From the human T2T-CHM13v2.0 reference genome, Homo sapiens, in NCBI RefSeq assembly GCF_009914755.1, contig NC_060937.1: 64,000 bases of DNA, one strand, 5' to 3'. Each line of letters begins with the position of its first letter. The stretch's first letter is position 1. The notes beneath the pieces are model-generated. The model was not told the DNA's origin. It worked only from the letters and a program-made list of their open reading frames with translations, and made no database searches. A program made the position numbers and the translations under genes. Of this stretch, positions 17,921 to 37,054 are shown piece by piece.

Positions 17921-18047
17921 GGGGAAATACACATCCCACTTAAGAGAAAATGTTGATGGAGACTTCTCAGAAAAGATGGCAAAATTTTTTAAAACTCTGC
18001 TCCACTTCTTCCAGTAAATTATATAATACTAAAAATATGTCTGTCAT

Positions 18048-18502
18048 TGTATTAGTCAGGGTTCTCTAGAGGGACAGAACTAATAGAGAGATATATACAT
18101 AAAGGGGAGTTTATTAAGTATTAACTCACACAATGACAAGGTCCCACAATAGACTGTCTGCAAGCTGAGGAGCAAGGAGAGCAAGTCTGAGTCCCAAAAC
18201 TAAAGAACTTGAATCCTATATTTGAGGGCAGGAAGCATCCAGCATGGGGGAAAGATGCAGGCTGGGAGGCTAGGCCAGTCTAGTGCTTTCATGTTTTTTC
18301 CGCCTGCTTTATATTCTAACCATGCTGGCAGCTGATTAGATTTTGTCCACCCAAATTAAAGGTGGGTCTGCCTTTCCTCGCCCACTGACTCAAATGTTAT
18401 TCTCCTTTGGCAACACCTTCACAGACACACATAGACACACATAGAATCAATACTATGCATCCTTCAATCCATTCAAGTTGACACTCAGTATTAACCATCA
18501 CA
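18048..18502 (-). mobile_element. MLT2A (HERV-L) solo LTR
   Basis: tgtattagtcagggttctctagagggacagaactaatag...gttgacactcagtattaaccatcaca; 5-bp TSD gtcat at 18043-18047 and 18503-18507. Confidence 0.95.
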
Positions 18503-20162
18503 GTCATCTTACTTTTTGCTTTCTTCCCTTTGATGCCTCACTCCTGCACACCTCATTCCCAAAAGTTACCAGCATTTGCAGTTTGGTCATATTCTCAACT
18601 TCTTCCCTAAATTATTGTATGTGTATGCTGACTGTCTCACTGATAGAATCAGGGTTCCCAATAACAAAATGGGTAGTGTCAGTAGAAAGGAGGTCAGAGA
18701 ACACACATAGCTGATGGGACATTAGGGTGATTATTTTACAGGCTGTGGCAAATGGCTGTGTTATGGGATACTGAGAAGTGAAAGGGGATACAGGAGGAAC
18801 AACAATTAGTTTTCATGGGAAGTCTCTCAAAGTTGCATCCTCACATAAATTGCAAGTAGGGAACAGCTGGATAGTGTAACTGACCACTAAGTGTTTCACT
18901 CTAACTATTGCAGAAAAACTAACAGAAACTGTTAACACGTAACACTGATTTAAAAGCATTATTTTATTTTTTCAAAATATTGCATTTTGATGTATTTTAA
19001 TTCAAAAATAAATAAAAATGAGAAAGCAAGTCTGATTTAGTGCCTGGTCAGGTAAAGAAAAGATTTTAGTAAGCATTGCAAAGTAGCATCCAGCATAATT
19101 TTAAAACTGTGTGGAAGAAGAGATTATTCCCTCTGACTAGATGGAAAGAATGAATATGCAATATGTTACATATTTTGGGTATATCACTATTTGATTATCC
19201 ATTCTCCTGCCCATGGCCATATGGGTTGTTTTCACATTGGGCTATTACAAATAAGTCTCTTTTAAACATTCTTTTACAGGTATTTCTGTGAACATATATT
19301 TTCATTTCTCTTGGAACAAAATGGCTGAGTAATGGGTTAAAGTATGTTTAAATTCATGAGAAGCTGCAAAACAATTCTTAAAATGGTTTTACCATTTTAC
19401 ACCCCCACTGGTAATGTATGAAATTTCCAGTTGCTTTGCACTCTTGCTCTCATTTGGTTTTATCATACTTTTTTATTTTAGCCATTCTAGTGTGCGTGTG
19501 GTGCATCATGCTTTGAATTTGTACAGTTTTAATTTGCATGTCCCAAATGAGTAATGAGGAAAACTTTTCCTAAGTGTTTCATAGCCATTTGAAATGTCTG
19601 TGCCAGTCTTTTTCCAATTTTTATTAGGTTTCTCATCTTATTATTGTTGATTTTTATTAGTTTTATATATATATGGATTCAGCACTATCGACAGATAAAA
19701 TTACTCCAAATAATTTTTCCAATATTGTTACCTGCATTTTCTTAGTGGTATTCTTTAATTTAAAAAAATTGCTTTTTTTGATGAAGCTTCATTTCCTGCT
19801 TATTTTTCCTTTATGAGCAAGTCATTTTTCTGCTCAATTAGGTACGTTATTTTTATCCCCAAACAGAACATTATTGTCTTATGTCTTCTTCTAATAGTTT
19901 TATAGCTCTGAATTTTACATGTAGGAATGTGATCCAGGCTTTTGTGCACAGAGTAAACTGAGTATTGACATTTTTGTATTTTCTTTTTTTTTTTTTTTGG
20001 ACTGATGGAGTTTTCCAGTTGTATCTGCAGTAGTATCTGCTAAAAACAGATATACATTAACAATAGCAATAGTATCTGTTAAAAATATTCATTTCTCCCT
20101 TGAATTGACCTTGTGTCTTTGTCAAAAATCAAACTGAGCGTATATGAATGAGTCTAACAAGA

Positions 20163-20365
20163 CTAGTACTGTTCAAACTTTGTACGATAATCAAATGTGC
20201 TATTATTTACTCTCTCCATTGGGGTAGTCAACCACTTATGGCTGTTCAGTAATTGAAAGGTAGCTAGTGTGATTGAGGAAAACACTTTTTAACTTAATTT
20301 AATTTTTATTAATCTAAATTTAGATAACCGTATGTGTCTAGTGGCATTCCTACTGGACAGAACAG
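20163..20365. mobile_element. MER3-like hAT-Charlie DNA transposon
   Basis: gtagctagtgtgattgaggaa...aatctaaatttagataaccgtatgtgtctagtggc...tggacagaacag. Confidence 0.7.
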
Positions 20366-20511
20366 ATCAGCAACTAGCATTCTGTTTCATTTATATATTT
20401 GTCTATTCCAAGTCAACCACATTCTTTAAAACTATAGCTTTATTTTTTAGGTCTTAAATATATTATTTTTAAGATGGCTATTCTAGATTCTTGATGTTTC
20501 TATATAAATTT

Positions 20512-20902
<391 letters not shown>

Positions 20903-21062
20903 TTAAGGGAAAAATTACCATCTGAACAACATTGGAACATTGAGTCTTCCAATCTACAAGCATCACATTTCTTTAGGTCTTATTTAGTTTTTCTCAGCAG
21001 TGTTTTCTAGTTACTAGAGAAGAGATTTTGTATAGTTTACTTCATGTTTATTCTAAATTTCC

Positions 21063-21140
21063 TTTGTATTTTTCCTGTTAGTGTAAATTATATTTTGAAG
21101 ATTTGTATTTTTCCTGTTAGTGTAAATTGTATTTTGAAGA
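21063..21140. repeat. 39-bp tandem duplication
   Basis: tttgtatttttcctgttagtgtaaatt(a/g)tattttgaaga x2, one mismatch. Confidence 0.95.
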
Positions 21141-22734
21141 TTTATTATCCAATTTAGTTTCTCATGTTTAGAGAAATAAAATTGACTTTTGAACATTGAC
21201 CTTGTATTCTGTGATGGTATTAAACTAACTTCATGCTTCTAGTACCTTATTATAAAATACTTAGTATATTCTATATACATGATGAGGTTGTTTGCAAATA
21301 AAGAATATTGCATTGCTTCCTTTCAAGTATTTATACCTCCTTGGATTTTTAATGTACACAATCATGCTTTCCAATCTTGAGGAGTGTTATTTCTTTATCT
21401 TACTTTATTGCACAGTCTAGGGTCTCCCATATGACAATGAATGAACATTTTGAGAGCAAATATTCTTACCTTATTCCTGTTCTTAGGGAACATCCATTCA
21501 TTATTTTGCCTTTGAATAGTACGTTAGCTAGATGGTTTTTATAGGATGAGGATGATCCATTCTTCTTCCTAGTTTGAGAATGGTGTTTAGTATCATCAAG
21601 TGCTTTTTCTGATCTACTCATAGGACAAATTACATGGACTGATTTTGAAATGTTGAACAAACTTTACATTCTTGAAATAAACCCTACTTGTTTATGCTAG
21701 GTCACAGGGAAGGTAAACCCACCTCCTTGTTCCTGAAAGAACATCTTCATCTTAAGACGTATTGTAGCTAATATTATTATAAGTACAGATGGTAGCTAAT
21801 AGGCCTTATATGTTGATATCTCTTTTTTCTAAGCTTTTATTTTCTTTTATTTTTAGACGTGTCTCTTGTTATGGCTAAATTTAATTTTCATAATAAATCT
21901 GTCTCTTTGTCTTTTAACTTGTGAGTTTAGTTCATTTATGTTTATTTTAAAGATTAACCAATATGTTACTGTTTCTACCATAAGAGTTTATTATTTAGTT
22001 TTTCCCACTTTTTCTACTTTTTAAAAATCTCCTTTTTACTCTTCTTTTAAATGGATATCTATGCCTTTTCCAACCTTGGATACAACTAAAACAAGAACTT
22101 TCGCATACTCTCTCCTTTCTTAGTATTCTTCTCTTCCACAATATCAGACATTTTGTTAATATTGTCTAAATTTTTAATTTAGATTCTCTTACAAACATAT
22201 TTATGTGTTTCTCTTTATTTGTGTTTAAGTACGTGCACATATGCATATATAAAGGCATAATATAAATATAATAATATTTATTAAGTTAAAGATCATAACA
22301 AATGTATTTAGTTATCCTAAAGCTGGAAAGTTATCTTGAGTGTGTATCTCTGTATTTTTAAGTACTTTGTCCAAAAATTCTCATTGAAGATATTTGTGTA
22401 GTAGCTGTCCTGAGGCATAAATGTGTGTGTGAAAATATTTCTGAAAGATTTTCTTTGTCATGCTTTGTTATTTAAAGAAAAGTTCATCCAGATATTGATT
22501 CCTATGCACTGTTGTTTTTTTTTTCAACATTTTGAAATGTTGTCTCATGGCTTTCTTAAATCCAGTATTGAGTTTGAAAAATCTGATGTATGTCTAATTT
22601 TTCTTTCTTTGTAAATTATTTGCTTTTTCTACCCATAGCTGTCAAAATTTTCCTTTTTATCTGATAATATGTGATGTGTTTAGTGTGTGAATTGTTTCTT
22701 ATCTCTCTTCTTTGACCCTTTCTTAGATCTCTTT

Positions 22735-23117
22735 TGATACACTTTGGATTTGTGTACTCTCTAAATCTCGTGTTGAATTGTAATCCCCAGTGTTGGAGGT
22801 GGTGTCTGATTGGATCATGAGGGTGGATTTCTCATAAATAATTTAGTGCAATCTCCTTGGTGCTGTCCTCATGATATTGAGTGAGTTCTCCAGATATCTG
22901 GTTATTTAAAAGTGTGTGGCACCTCTCCCTTGCCTTGTTCCCACTCCTGCCATGTGACATGCTTGGTCTTCCTTCACTTTCCACTGTGATTAGGAGATTC
23001 CTGGGGCACTCCCAGAAGCAGATGCCACTGCAGAACCATGAGACAATCAAACTTCTTTTCTTACAACTAACCCAACCTCAGGTATTTCTTTATAACAAAG
23101 CAAGAACAGCCTATATA
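22735..23117 (+). mobile_element. MST (MaLR) solo LTR
   Basis: tgatacactttggatttgtg...gaattgtaatccccagtgttggaggtgg...ctcaggtatttctttata. Confidence 0.88.
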
Positions 23118-23334
23118 TCTTTATTCTGAGGTCTTTCTTACTTTTTTAAATGTATTAATGATGTTTACTGGATACATTAACAGAAACTCTTGTACCAAAT
23201 GCTCCACCATCGACTTCAAAATCAAAATGGGGTTCAATTTAAAGACATTGAACTGTAAGAAAGACCTATGCATCAATGTTCCTGAAGTTATTAATGTAAA
23301 AGTCACGTTTTATTTATATTATATAACAATTTTT

Positions 23335-23565
23335 AAAATATAATTTTAACTTTTAGATTTAGAAAGTAGATGTGCAGGTTTTGTACCTGGTTATATGGTG
23401 TGATGCTGAGATTAAGAGTACGGAGCATAGTACCCAAGAGTTAGTTTTTCAATTCTTGCCCCCTCCCTCCCTCTGCTCCCCACTCCTCCAGTAGTCTATT
23501 GTTGCCATCTTTATGTTCATGAGTACCCATCATATAGCTCCAACTTATAAGTGAGAAAATGTGAA
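23335..23565 (-). mobile_element. 5'-truncated old L1PA/L1PB 3' UTR
   Basis: atgtgcaggttttgtacctggttatatggtgtgatgctgag...agctccaacttataagtgagaaaatg. Confidence 0.8.
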
Positions 23566-23954
23566 AATACCAACTTTTAAAATATACTTTGCAGTGAAAA
23601 TTTCTGATAATTATTCTTAATACAGGCTTATTAATAGAGTCTATAGTAGCAGTGTTAAGAGTAATTATCAAAGGACATTCTCCATATGCATTTCGCAAAT
23701 GTTCCACTGAAAAGACTGTACATGCCAAAGGTGTGCCTAAATGGAGTGCAAATTATTAATTTTATATCATCTTCAAGGGATATCTCAAGCCAATTAAAAA
23801 GGGATATGTAGTTGTGTGTGTATATATTGATATTAATTTTGGTATGTGTACTTTTAAATATGAATTTGGCTTATGTCATCATAGAAATTTAGAAAACAAC
23901 AGGATGCTTAATTCACAACAATCTTTTGTGAATATAAATACTTTATTTAATATT

Positions 23955-24300
23955 CATATTAGTCTGTTTTCATGCTGTTGATAAAGACATACCCCAAACT
24001 GGGTAATTGATGAAGATAAAGAGATTTAAAGGACTCACAGTTCCACGTGGCTAGTGAGGCATCACAGTCATGGCAGAAGGCAAAAGGCGTGTCTTACCTG
24101 GTGGCAGGCAAGAGACTACTTGTGCAGGGAAACTTCCCATTATAAAACCATTATTGAGACTTATTTACTATCACAAGTACAGCATGGGAAAGACCCGCCC
24201 CCATGATTAATTACCTCCCACCTGGTCCCTCCTACAACATGTGGGAATTGTGGGAGCTACAATTCAAGATGAGATTTGGGGACACAGCCAAAACTTAGCA
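23955..24300 (-). mobile_element. THE1 (MaLR) solo LTR
   Basis: tattagtctgttttcatgctgttgataaagacatacc...gagctacaattcaagatgagatttggggacacagccaa; 5-bp TSD atatt. Confidence 0.93.
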
Positions 24301-24324
24301 ATATTCAAATAATCAAAAAGTAAA

Positions 24325-24904
<580 letters not shown>

Positions 24905-25501
24905 TAAAATTATTCTAAAGTAATTTTTTTTTTATTTTATAAAGTAAACTCAGGGAAGCCTCACATTTTACTTCTTGACATTTTTATTTTTCTTAGCTAT
25001 ATATGAGATGATAAAAATCTTCCAGTTTAAAAATTACTCATCAATATGGCATAAATCTTAACATTGGTACATTGAATTTATATGAGACTGCTGTTCCTGA
25101 AAACAGTAGTAATTGTGCATTCATTTTTATAACATTGGTAAGTAAGTATTAATTTTTGTTTTTTAACATGAGAAATTAAGAAAGGTAACTTTCTTTCTCT
25201 ACATTAGACTATCTCAGGTGACTATAAAACCATTTAGCAAGATCTCAGGTGAAATTTACTAAATGGATCATGGCTATTCAGAGTAATTCCTTTATTTATT
25301 TATTATGATTTTTTAAAGATATGTAGCCCAAAAAGTGAGCAATTTATATTAACTATCAAGAGAATTAGGGCAATTAGCTGTATCAACTGTAAAATGGATT
25401 TAACTAATCAAAGAAAAAGTGTAATAAAAATGCAAACCCTACCATAGCAAATTTCCCAGTGCCTTTTTTACTAAAGCCTTCACTGCTTGTGGCAAACTAG
25501 A

Positions 25502-25561
25502 AAGGACCACAGATGCTCAGATGTAACATATTAAGGACCATAGATGCTCAGATGTAACATA
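25502..25561. repeat. Tandem duplication with 31-bp period
   Basis: aaggacca(c/t)agatgctcagatgtaacata x2 separated by tt. Confidence 0.93.
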
Positions 25562-26834
25562 GTTGTGAATACCAATGGAGTTACACATCCACAAAGCAGG
25601 AAGCAACATTGACAAAATGCATATGAAAATATTCACTTCCAATGTCAAAGTCCCTTTCCAATTTATTTCCCTGATTTCTGAATTTCTACTAGTGCCTTCT
25701 GTTCTATGGTCACTAATCTCTTAGGTTCCACAGTGTAACACAGGCCTCTACTCCCATATGTGTCTGGGTGTGTTTCCTGAAACACACAGTATAGGTGCAA
25801 CTGAAAATCTAACTTTTCTTCAAACAACTTCAATGATTGAGGAAAGTCACTTTGCAAATAAGGAGCTAAGGTCACTCCTTTGGCTATGATAGTGAACCAG
25901 AGAAGAACTGAGGAGTCTTTGAGGGTCACACTTAGACACAAATAAGAAAGTAAAGTGTATGAATATGTATATAAATAACCCCATTGTGAATTTATGAATA
26001 AATTATAGGAAGTTAGATTCATCTTCAAAATGACCTTATTGACACTTCCAGTCTAAAAATAGTCATATCAACTCTCTTTATCTAACTTACAGAAAATGTC
26101 TAAAGACATCCTCAAGTTAGGAATAGTTTCAGTGGTCACAATTTTCCTTAGAGATATGGGTATATATACCTCTAGCCAGATCTGAACATGAATAATTTAC
26201 ATTTGAGATGAGTTTTACAGGGGGCTGTTCGCTCTTTCTATGCATCTGCTTTGGTATACTATTCCAAGCCACAGAATCCCTAATCCCAAAGAATTTACAC
26301 CTTCTGGTACATTTTCATTTATATTAAAATATTTGAGAATGGTAGTGTGTTAATAATTCTTTCCATTTTTATGTCATTCCAGACACTAAAACATTCACTT
26401 GAACTGTATTTCTCTTCTTAACTGCAGTCTCAATGGTGATGTCAAAGTGTACGTATCACACTGCCATCATTTATTTTTTCTAATTATATTACCATTCCAA
26501 GGACAAAAATCTGTCTGGCTTTCCAGATTTTTCCATCTTAGTGATAACTGCTATTATATGTCATGTCATCTCTTTTAAAGCTATTCCTCAAAAGAGACTT
26601 AACTAGCATGTTTCCCTGATGGTCTGTCTTTGTCTTCTGAGACAAGTCTATGGGCAGTCTCAGTAAAATCTGCCAACATTTGCAGTAAAGCCTTCATGTT
26701 TGTATAAATGAATTCATATTTGTCAAAACTACCAGTCAACAGCACACTTGAATATCAAAATTAAACTCTGTGTGTTAGTCAATTCTAACTCCTGATCTGC
26801 TCAACAGGTTTCCATTAAAAAATAAATAGATTTT

Positions 26835-27147
26835 GCTGGATGTGATGGATCACACCTGTAATCCCAACACATTGGGAAGTGGAGGCAGGAGAATTGCTTG
26901 AGCTTTGAGACCAGCCTAGACAACACAGGGAGATTCCATTCTCTACAAAAAGAAAATAATAATAATAATAAATTATCCAGGTGTGGTGGTGTGCACCTGT
27001 GGTCTCAATGCCTCAGGAGGCTGAGGTGAGAGAACCACTTGAGCCTTGGAGGTCAAGTCTGCAGTGAACCATGATTGTACCACTGCACTCCAGAATGGGC
27101 AACAAAGCAAGACCCTGTCTCAAAAAATAAGTGAATAAATAAATAAA
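26835..27147 (+). mobile_element. AluJ
   Basis: ttgcttgagc, aggtcaagtctgcagtgaaccatgattgtacc and gaccctgtctc AluJ diagnostics; (TAAA)n tail. Confidence 0.93.
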
Positions 27148-27388
27148 TTTTAAGTAGGACATGTAATCTGTATTAGTTATTAAATGAATCAAAATATTAG
27201 ATATAATCACAATGGAAAAGAAGGGTATAAGGCTAATTCAAATGGGTTGATAGTCAAAGTATAATTTATATTTGGTTATATACATCTTTGCTGACATTTT
27301 ATAGAATCACAAAATATCAAGTTTAGAGAAAAACTAGTATGTAAAATGATTTGACCACCCATCTAATGTTTGCATGTCTACAATCCCT

Positions 27389-27524
27389 TGGCAAATAATG
27401 ACTAAAGCTATACTGAGCTTGAGTACTGGGGAACTCATTCAACGCAGTTGTTTCTTAATGGCAAATAATGACTAAAGCTATACTGAGCTTGAGTACTGGG
27501 GAACTCATTCAACGCAGTTGTTTC
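27389..27524. repeat. Perfect 66-bp tandem duplication with 4-bp spacer
   Basis: 27389-27454 identical to 27459-27524, spacer ttaa. Confidence 0.97.
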
Positions 27525-28184
27525 ATAAATATCCAGACAAAAAGGCATAAAGAACATAAGATTCTCATGCCAGTTCAAATCGAGTTTTTCTGCCAAAGAA
27601 ATTCAGGTCAGATCAAGTTTTATAATCATGTGATTATAAAAATGTTTCTATTTTCTGAGCTTTATGGATTTCAAAATTACAAAGTTCTGGATTATTATTT
27701 TTGCTTTTTCCTCCTTGTATTACATATTGTGCAATAAAAATTTTGAATACATTATTAAGGATTATGAATTTTTTTCAAAGACCAGTGGACCAGTGACTAT
27801 TTACATTCAAGCAGAATCTCCTCATTCAAGCAAAGGTCATGAAGCTATACATAAGGTGGAGGAACAAGGACAGTATAAATCTCTGTACACTAAGTAAAAG
27901 ACTTTTTTACTCCATCAGAAAAATTATTTTTGATTATACCCCTCAATGTTGTACATTTATAAATTATATATTATATACATCCTTAAGCAAACAAAATGAA
28001 AAAGGAATGAAGAAAATGTAAATCCATATAAATGCTTAGTATTTTCAACAGTCCAATGAATCATTTGGTGTGCTCACTGTGGTTCAAATCCCTTTGTAAC
28101 CTGCTTTAAAACTTATGCATATTCTATATCCTCTGCTCCATGGCTTAAACCTATACTCTTAGGATGGGAAATGGGATAGCAGAA

Positions 28185-28520
28185 AGGTATTTCCTAAATT
28201 CTGGCTAGGTGACACTGGTGATACCAGAGGTAATTTTAGGTGACATTTTAGGAATATTTGAAAATAATTACTTAATAGCAAATTTACTTCATACATTTTA
28301 AACAACTTCCATTACATTTATTTTAATACTTATTAACAATGTTTAATTAACACATTAAATTCTTGATTTAATTGACATCCTTGCTTATATTAAGGGTAAG
28401 TTTTGAAAACCTGAATTAACATGAAAAATTATTTTTAAAAATATATAAGTGTTTTGTGGTTATAGCGAGGATTGAAATTATGAATTGGTATTGTGAATGA
28501 CTGAAAATTGGGAAACAACA
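28185..28520. mobile_element. Decayed hAT-Charlie non-autonomous DNA transposon
   Basis: Ends ggtatttcctaaa ... ttgggaaacaac resemble CAGTGTTTCCCAAA terminal inverted repeats. Confidence 0.5.
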
Positions 28521-29234
28521 CATACTGGCTAAAAATGGACATTTTAGCACCAGGCTCCCTAGGTTGATTTCCTGAGATAATGTGTGGAAAGTAGCTAGTA
28601 CAGCACCTGACTCAAAGAAAAATCTAATGGATGGTAGTGCTACATGAAAATTCAGTAATCATTTATTCTGTTCATCTTTTTCCCCAATCCACTGGTTTTA
28701 ATGCCAGAGACATAGGCAAGTAACATAAAAATAACTTTTGCAAAAGGTCACCACCTATGCACTAGGTGTACCTTCTATCTACAAAGCAAATATCAGCATA
28801 GTGTTCTGACTACATTTTTAAAAGCAAGAAAATAGTTTCCCATTCAGGGAGTTGCAATGATTGTTCCACTGAGAGTCAACTAAAGAACATGAACATATAT
28901 GTAAGAGCAACAACTTATTTGTGGACATGAATTAACAATAAGTAATTGCTTTTGTTTTGTTTTAGTATGTTTCATTGAACCTGTGTTTTTTGGGAGGTGC
29001 CAGCTTTATATTATCCTCATCAATTTTGAACCAATTAACAAAAATTAGATAAAATTTTTAAAAATAAAAAACAAAGACAAAAAAAGGCTAATCCTAAAAT
29101 AACTGTCACACACTGTGGAATGAGATCACCCCATTCTTTTAAAGAACAAAGAAAGAAAATTAGCATCATTGAGCTTCGTAGAATGGGGATTTTTCTGGGA
29201 TTGAAAATAAAGAACCTGACAACTCTACTATGAT

Positions 29235-29420
29235 GTTTTATATGATATATATCATATATAATCATTATATTATTATAAATAGCATATTATATAATATAAT
29301 TACTATATTATTATAAATAATATAAAATTGTATATATCTTAATATTTTAATATTACTTAATATATAATCTATATTACTTTACTACTTCATTTATTATTAT
29401 CTATATTATCTATATTACTC
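29235..29420. repeat. AT-rich low-complexity tract
   Basis: Irregular (TAT/TAA)n sequence. Confidence 0.85.
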
Positions 29421-29944
29421 CTTCCTTCCTTCCTTTCATCACTTTGTAAAAAGAAATATGGCTACATAATGCTGTTGTGTTGAAGATGCTGATAAAGAGG
29501 CAGGTGATGGTATCCTTCAACTATCAGAGACTCTCCATGTGCACCTGAGTCTGACAGTGAAGAGTAAGCTCATCATGGCCTTGGCCCCTGTTAAAACAGG
29601 TCACCAGAAAACATCTTGGACTTCCAGATAATCTCCCATTCTCTGGATTCTAATATTCACTGGACTCTTCATAGTGTTTTTTTCTGCCTTTTGTCTTATC
29701 CACTCCCCATTTATTCAAATCATTTCTTTGTGCTCTCTGAAACTCAAAGTCAAATATTAGCAGAATAACTTTTAATTCAATTACTTCCATGAAAGTTCCC
29801 TCCACCTTCTTGATGTAATTGGAACCCGGCTGTCTATTATTAATACTACTTCCTTGAAGATTCTGTTTTCTTTTCTCATGCCTCATAGTCTGGAATCCAG
29901 AGTTACTATGTTTGCTATTTCTCAGAGCCACTAGAGAGGTTCTC

Positions 29945-30800
29945 ATTCAGGGCTTTTGTACCTGCCTCTTCCTTTTACCTGGAATGCTCCTTTGCCCTCC
30001 ACCCCCAATATCCATGTGGCTAAGCCCTTTACATCCTTCAAATGGCATCTTCTCATTGAGCTTTCTCTAGGTCCCTGTCTAAAACAACAATCTTCCTTGT
30101 ATACCTCATATTCTTCTCCCTGCTTTATTTTATCACCTTATGATAATGAGATCCAGGTCAAGAAATAATGCAAGCCTGATACTTGCTTGATGTTATGCTG
30201 CAGATATTACACATATTATTTAATAGTCATCTGGTTAAGTGACTGCTATATTGTCAGGTTCTGTGCTGTGGTTCTGTATATCTGAGATACACAGTGACAA
30301 ATGAGATAAAGTTCTTAAATTCCTGGAATTTGGAGACTAATGATCTGACAGTCTCCTACTACATTTCAGGCATTTTACACATAATCACTGTAATCCACAA
30401 AGTAACCCTTACCTAATCTCCCTTCTTCAGTATTATTATTTTTTCTTCATACTACCATAGGAATCGATCTGAAACTTCAATCTAAATTTTCTCCTCTGCT
30501 TAAAAACATCCAGTTTCCTCCATTTGGAACATCCTTTCTCGACCTCTTTACCTGGTCAGATTCAACTCACTGAACATTCAATATATAGTGTACATTCACC
30601 TCAAGGAGAATAAGCCTCCTTTCTCTTTGCTTTGTTAGATTCCTTTCATGTGTGCTCTCATAGTTTTCATTATATTACTTCTCACTCTATCACAAAACCA
30701 TTGTTTAAGATCCTATGACATGTATGAGCTGTGACTTATTTGTGTGATTTTCCCATCAAACAACACAGACATTTAACAAATGTTTGATAAACAAATTAAC
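29945..30800 (+). mobile_element. L2 fragments (several pieces, some possibly inverted)
   Basis: gggcttttgtacctgcctcttccttttacctggaatgctc; ctcctctgcttaaaaacatccag; terminal aacaaatgtttgataaac. Confidence 0.6.
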
Positions 30801-30824
30801 AGTTACTAGGAAAAAGACCAATAG

Positions 30825-35257
<4,433 letters not shown>

Positions 35258-35544
35258 TGAGATTTTGTTTTAATGAAAACAAAAAACAAAAAACATTAGC
35301 ACATTGCACTTCTCTGTGAGCATACTTCCATGGGGAGGAAATGTGAGAGCTCATGGGATCCAGGTATTGAGCTTAGCTACCTAGGTGAAGGAATTTAGGA
35401 GATAAACACTTCCTTCTCTCCTGTGCTTTGCATTTCTGTTGCTGCCATAACTGTAGGCCACTTGGGAACAGATAGCTCAGAAGAGGAGAAGCAGGAAGGT
35501 AGATGAGCTTATTTTAAAAAAAAATGTAAATAAGAGGAGAAAAT

Positions 35545-35690
35545 GTTTGAAATCACAGATATTTAGAAAAAGAAGAGACTTTGAAATAATCTGATTTCAC
35601 AGATATGATGAACTCCATAGAACAGGGAAGGAAATAGGATTCAAAGAGATTAAGTGCCTGCCCCAATGTCACACAGCTGGTGCATTTTGG
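35545..35690 (-). mobile_element. MIR/MIR3 fragment
   Basis: agagattaagtgcctgccccaatgtcacacagctgg MIR core, antisense. Confidence 0.6.
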
Positions 35691-35859
35691 AAAACTCATT
35701 TAAATTGATATCACTAGGATTTCTCTCACCATATGAACCTCCATTTAATTTCTAGGAAGTGAAAATGGTATGGAAATCTATATGGGTATCATGAAACATG
35801 ATTCACTCTGAAACTATTCATGCCTTTATCACCATCCATACTACCTCTTCTTCTCCTTC

Positions 35860-36018
35860 TTCTTTTTTTTAAGATGGAAATCTCCCTTTGTCACCCAGGC
35901 TGGAGGGCAGTGGTACAATCATAGCTCCATGCGGCCCTGAACTCCTAGGCACAGGTGACCCTCTCACCTCAGCCTCCCAAGTAGCTGGGACTATGGGCAT
36001 GCGCCACCACCCCTGGCT
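35860..36018 (-). mobile_element. Alu right arm (FRAM/AluJ)
   Basis: tcacccaggctggagggcagtggtacaatcatagctc...gccaccacccctggct. Confidence 0.85.
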
Positions 36019-37054
36019 TGCCCATGCTACTTTTATGAGTCAGTCTAGTGCTACAAAAATTCTACATGCCCAGGAGAAATAGGTTTGTTATCTCAGGTGT
36101 GCACCTAGTCTATTTTATACACTTTGTCTTCTCAATAACTCATCCAACCAGTTACTCGTGATTAAATACTTTTTCCTACTTTCATCATTTTGTTTTCTCA
36201 AGATTTCATGTTAACATTTTATTCTTCCTTCTTTTACTTGATATGTTTACCTTTATTTATAAATAATTTTCTTGGTAAGTTGTATTTTTCTTAAAAGCCA
36301 GATGTTGTTATAGATGGTAATGGGGACCTGTGGAGTCTTCCTGGGTGGCCCAGCACAAGACAACTAGTGCCGAGTCTCCTGGTTCCAGTGATGCCTAAGC
36401 AGAGGAAGCTGCACTCAGTTGCCTATAATATTGCTCACATGTATTTGTCCTCAACAGGCAGTTGCCTGCCTATAGATTTACTTATAATGGGATTTTGTGA
36501 CTCTCTTGAGCCCTTAACAGCTGGTGCTTATGGTGAAAAAAAGCACCAGAAGGGAAAAACACAAATCTAAGAATAATCCCTTGTAAGTTTCTAATATTGC
36601 AGTCTTATTGGAGTCTTTGTGACAGCAGTTTATCTCAAGGGAGAAAAAGTCTGTTCATGAAGCAGGGCAATTCAAGTCATGAAGCTATCCAAAGATCCAC
36701 TTTCCAGAAACTTTATGTGAAATACTGTTCCTTTACCTCTCCTGCGACACACTCTTTCTAGAATCTATGTATTCCCATGGAGCAAATTCTTCATTCTCTG
36801 GAGACTTCTTATCAGAGCTTTCTGTAGTCTTAGCTTTCACTCAGTGTCCCCAAGATTTCTCTCCCTTAAGAACATTTCCTTCTTTTTTGTATAACTGCTG
36901 ATGGGAATTCAAATATTCATAACAAATGAAAAGAGACTATTTCTGAGCCTGTGCTATAAGCTCGGAAATAGAGACCATATTATTACTACATAATGCATAT
37001 TTAATATAGTAACAATAACTAGTTTTAGATATTATTTAAAAATGTATTGTACAT

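Noticed and set aside
25663-26028. 121-aa minus-strand ORF in unique DNA
   Set aside because: Non-ATG start, no recognisable domain and no convincing splice sites
36590-36930. Possible continuation of the Gypsy element (pol or 3' LTR)
   Set aside because: Reading the minus strand showed no obvious protease, RT or integrase motif and no clear similarity to 37814-38150
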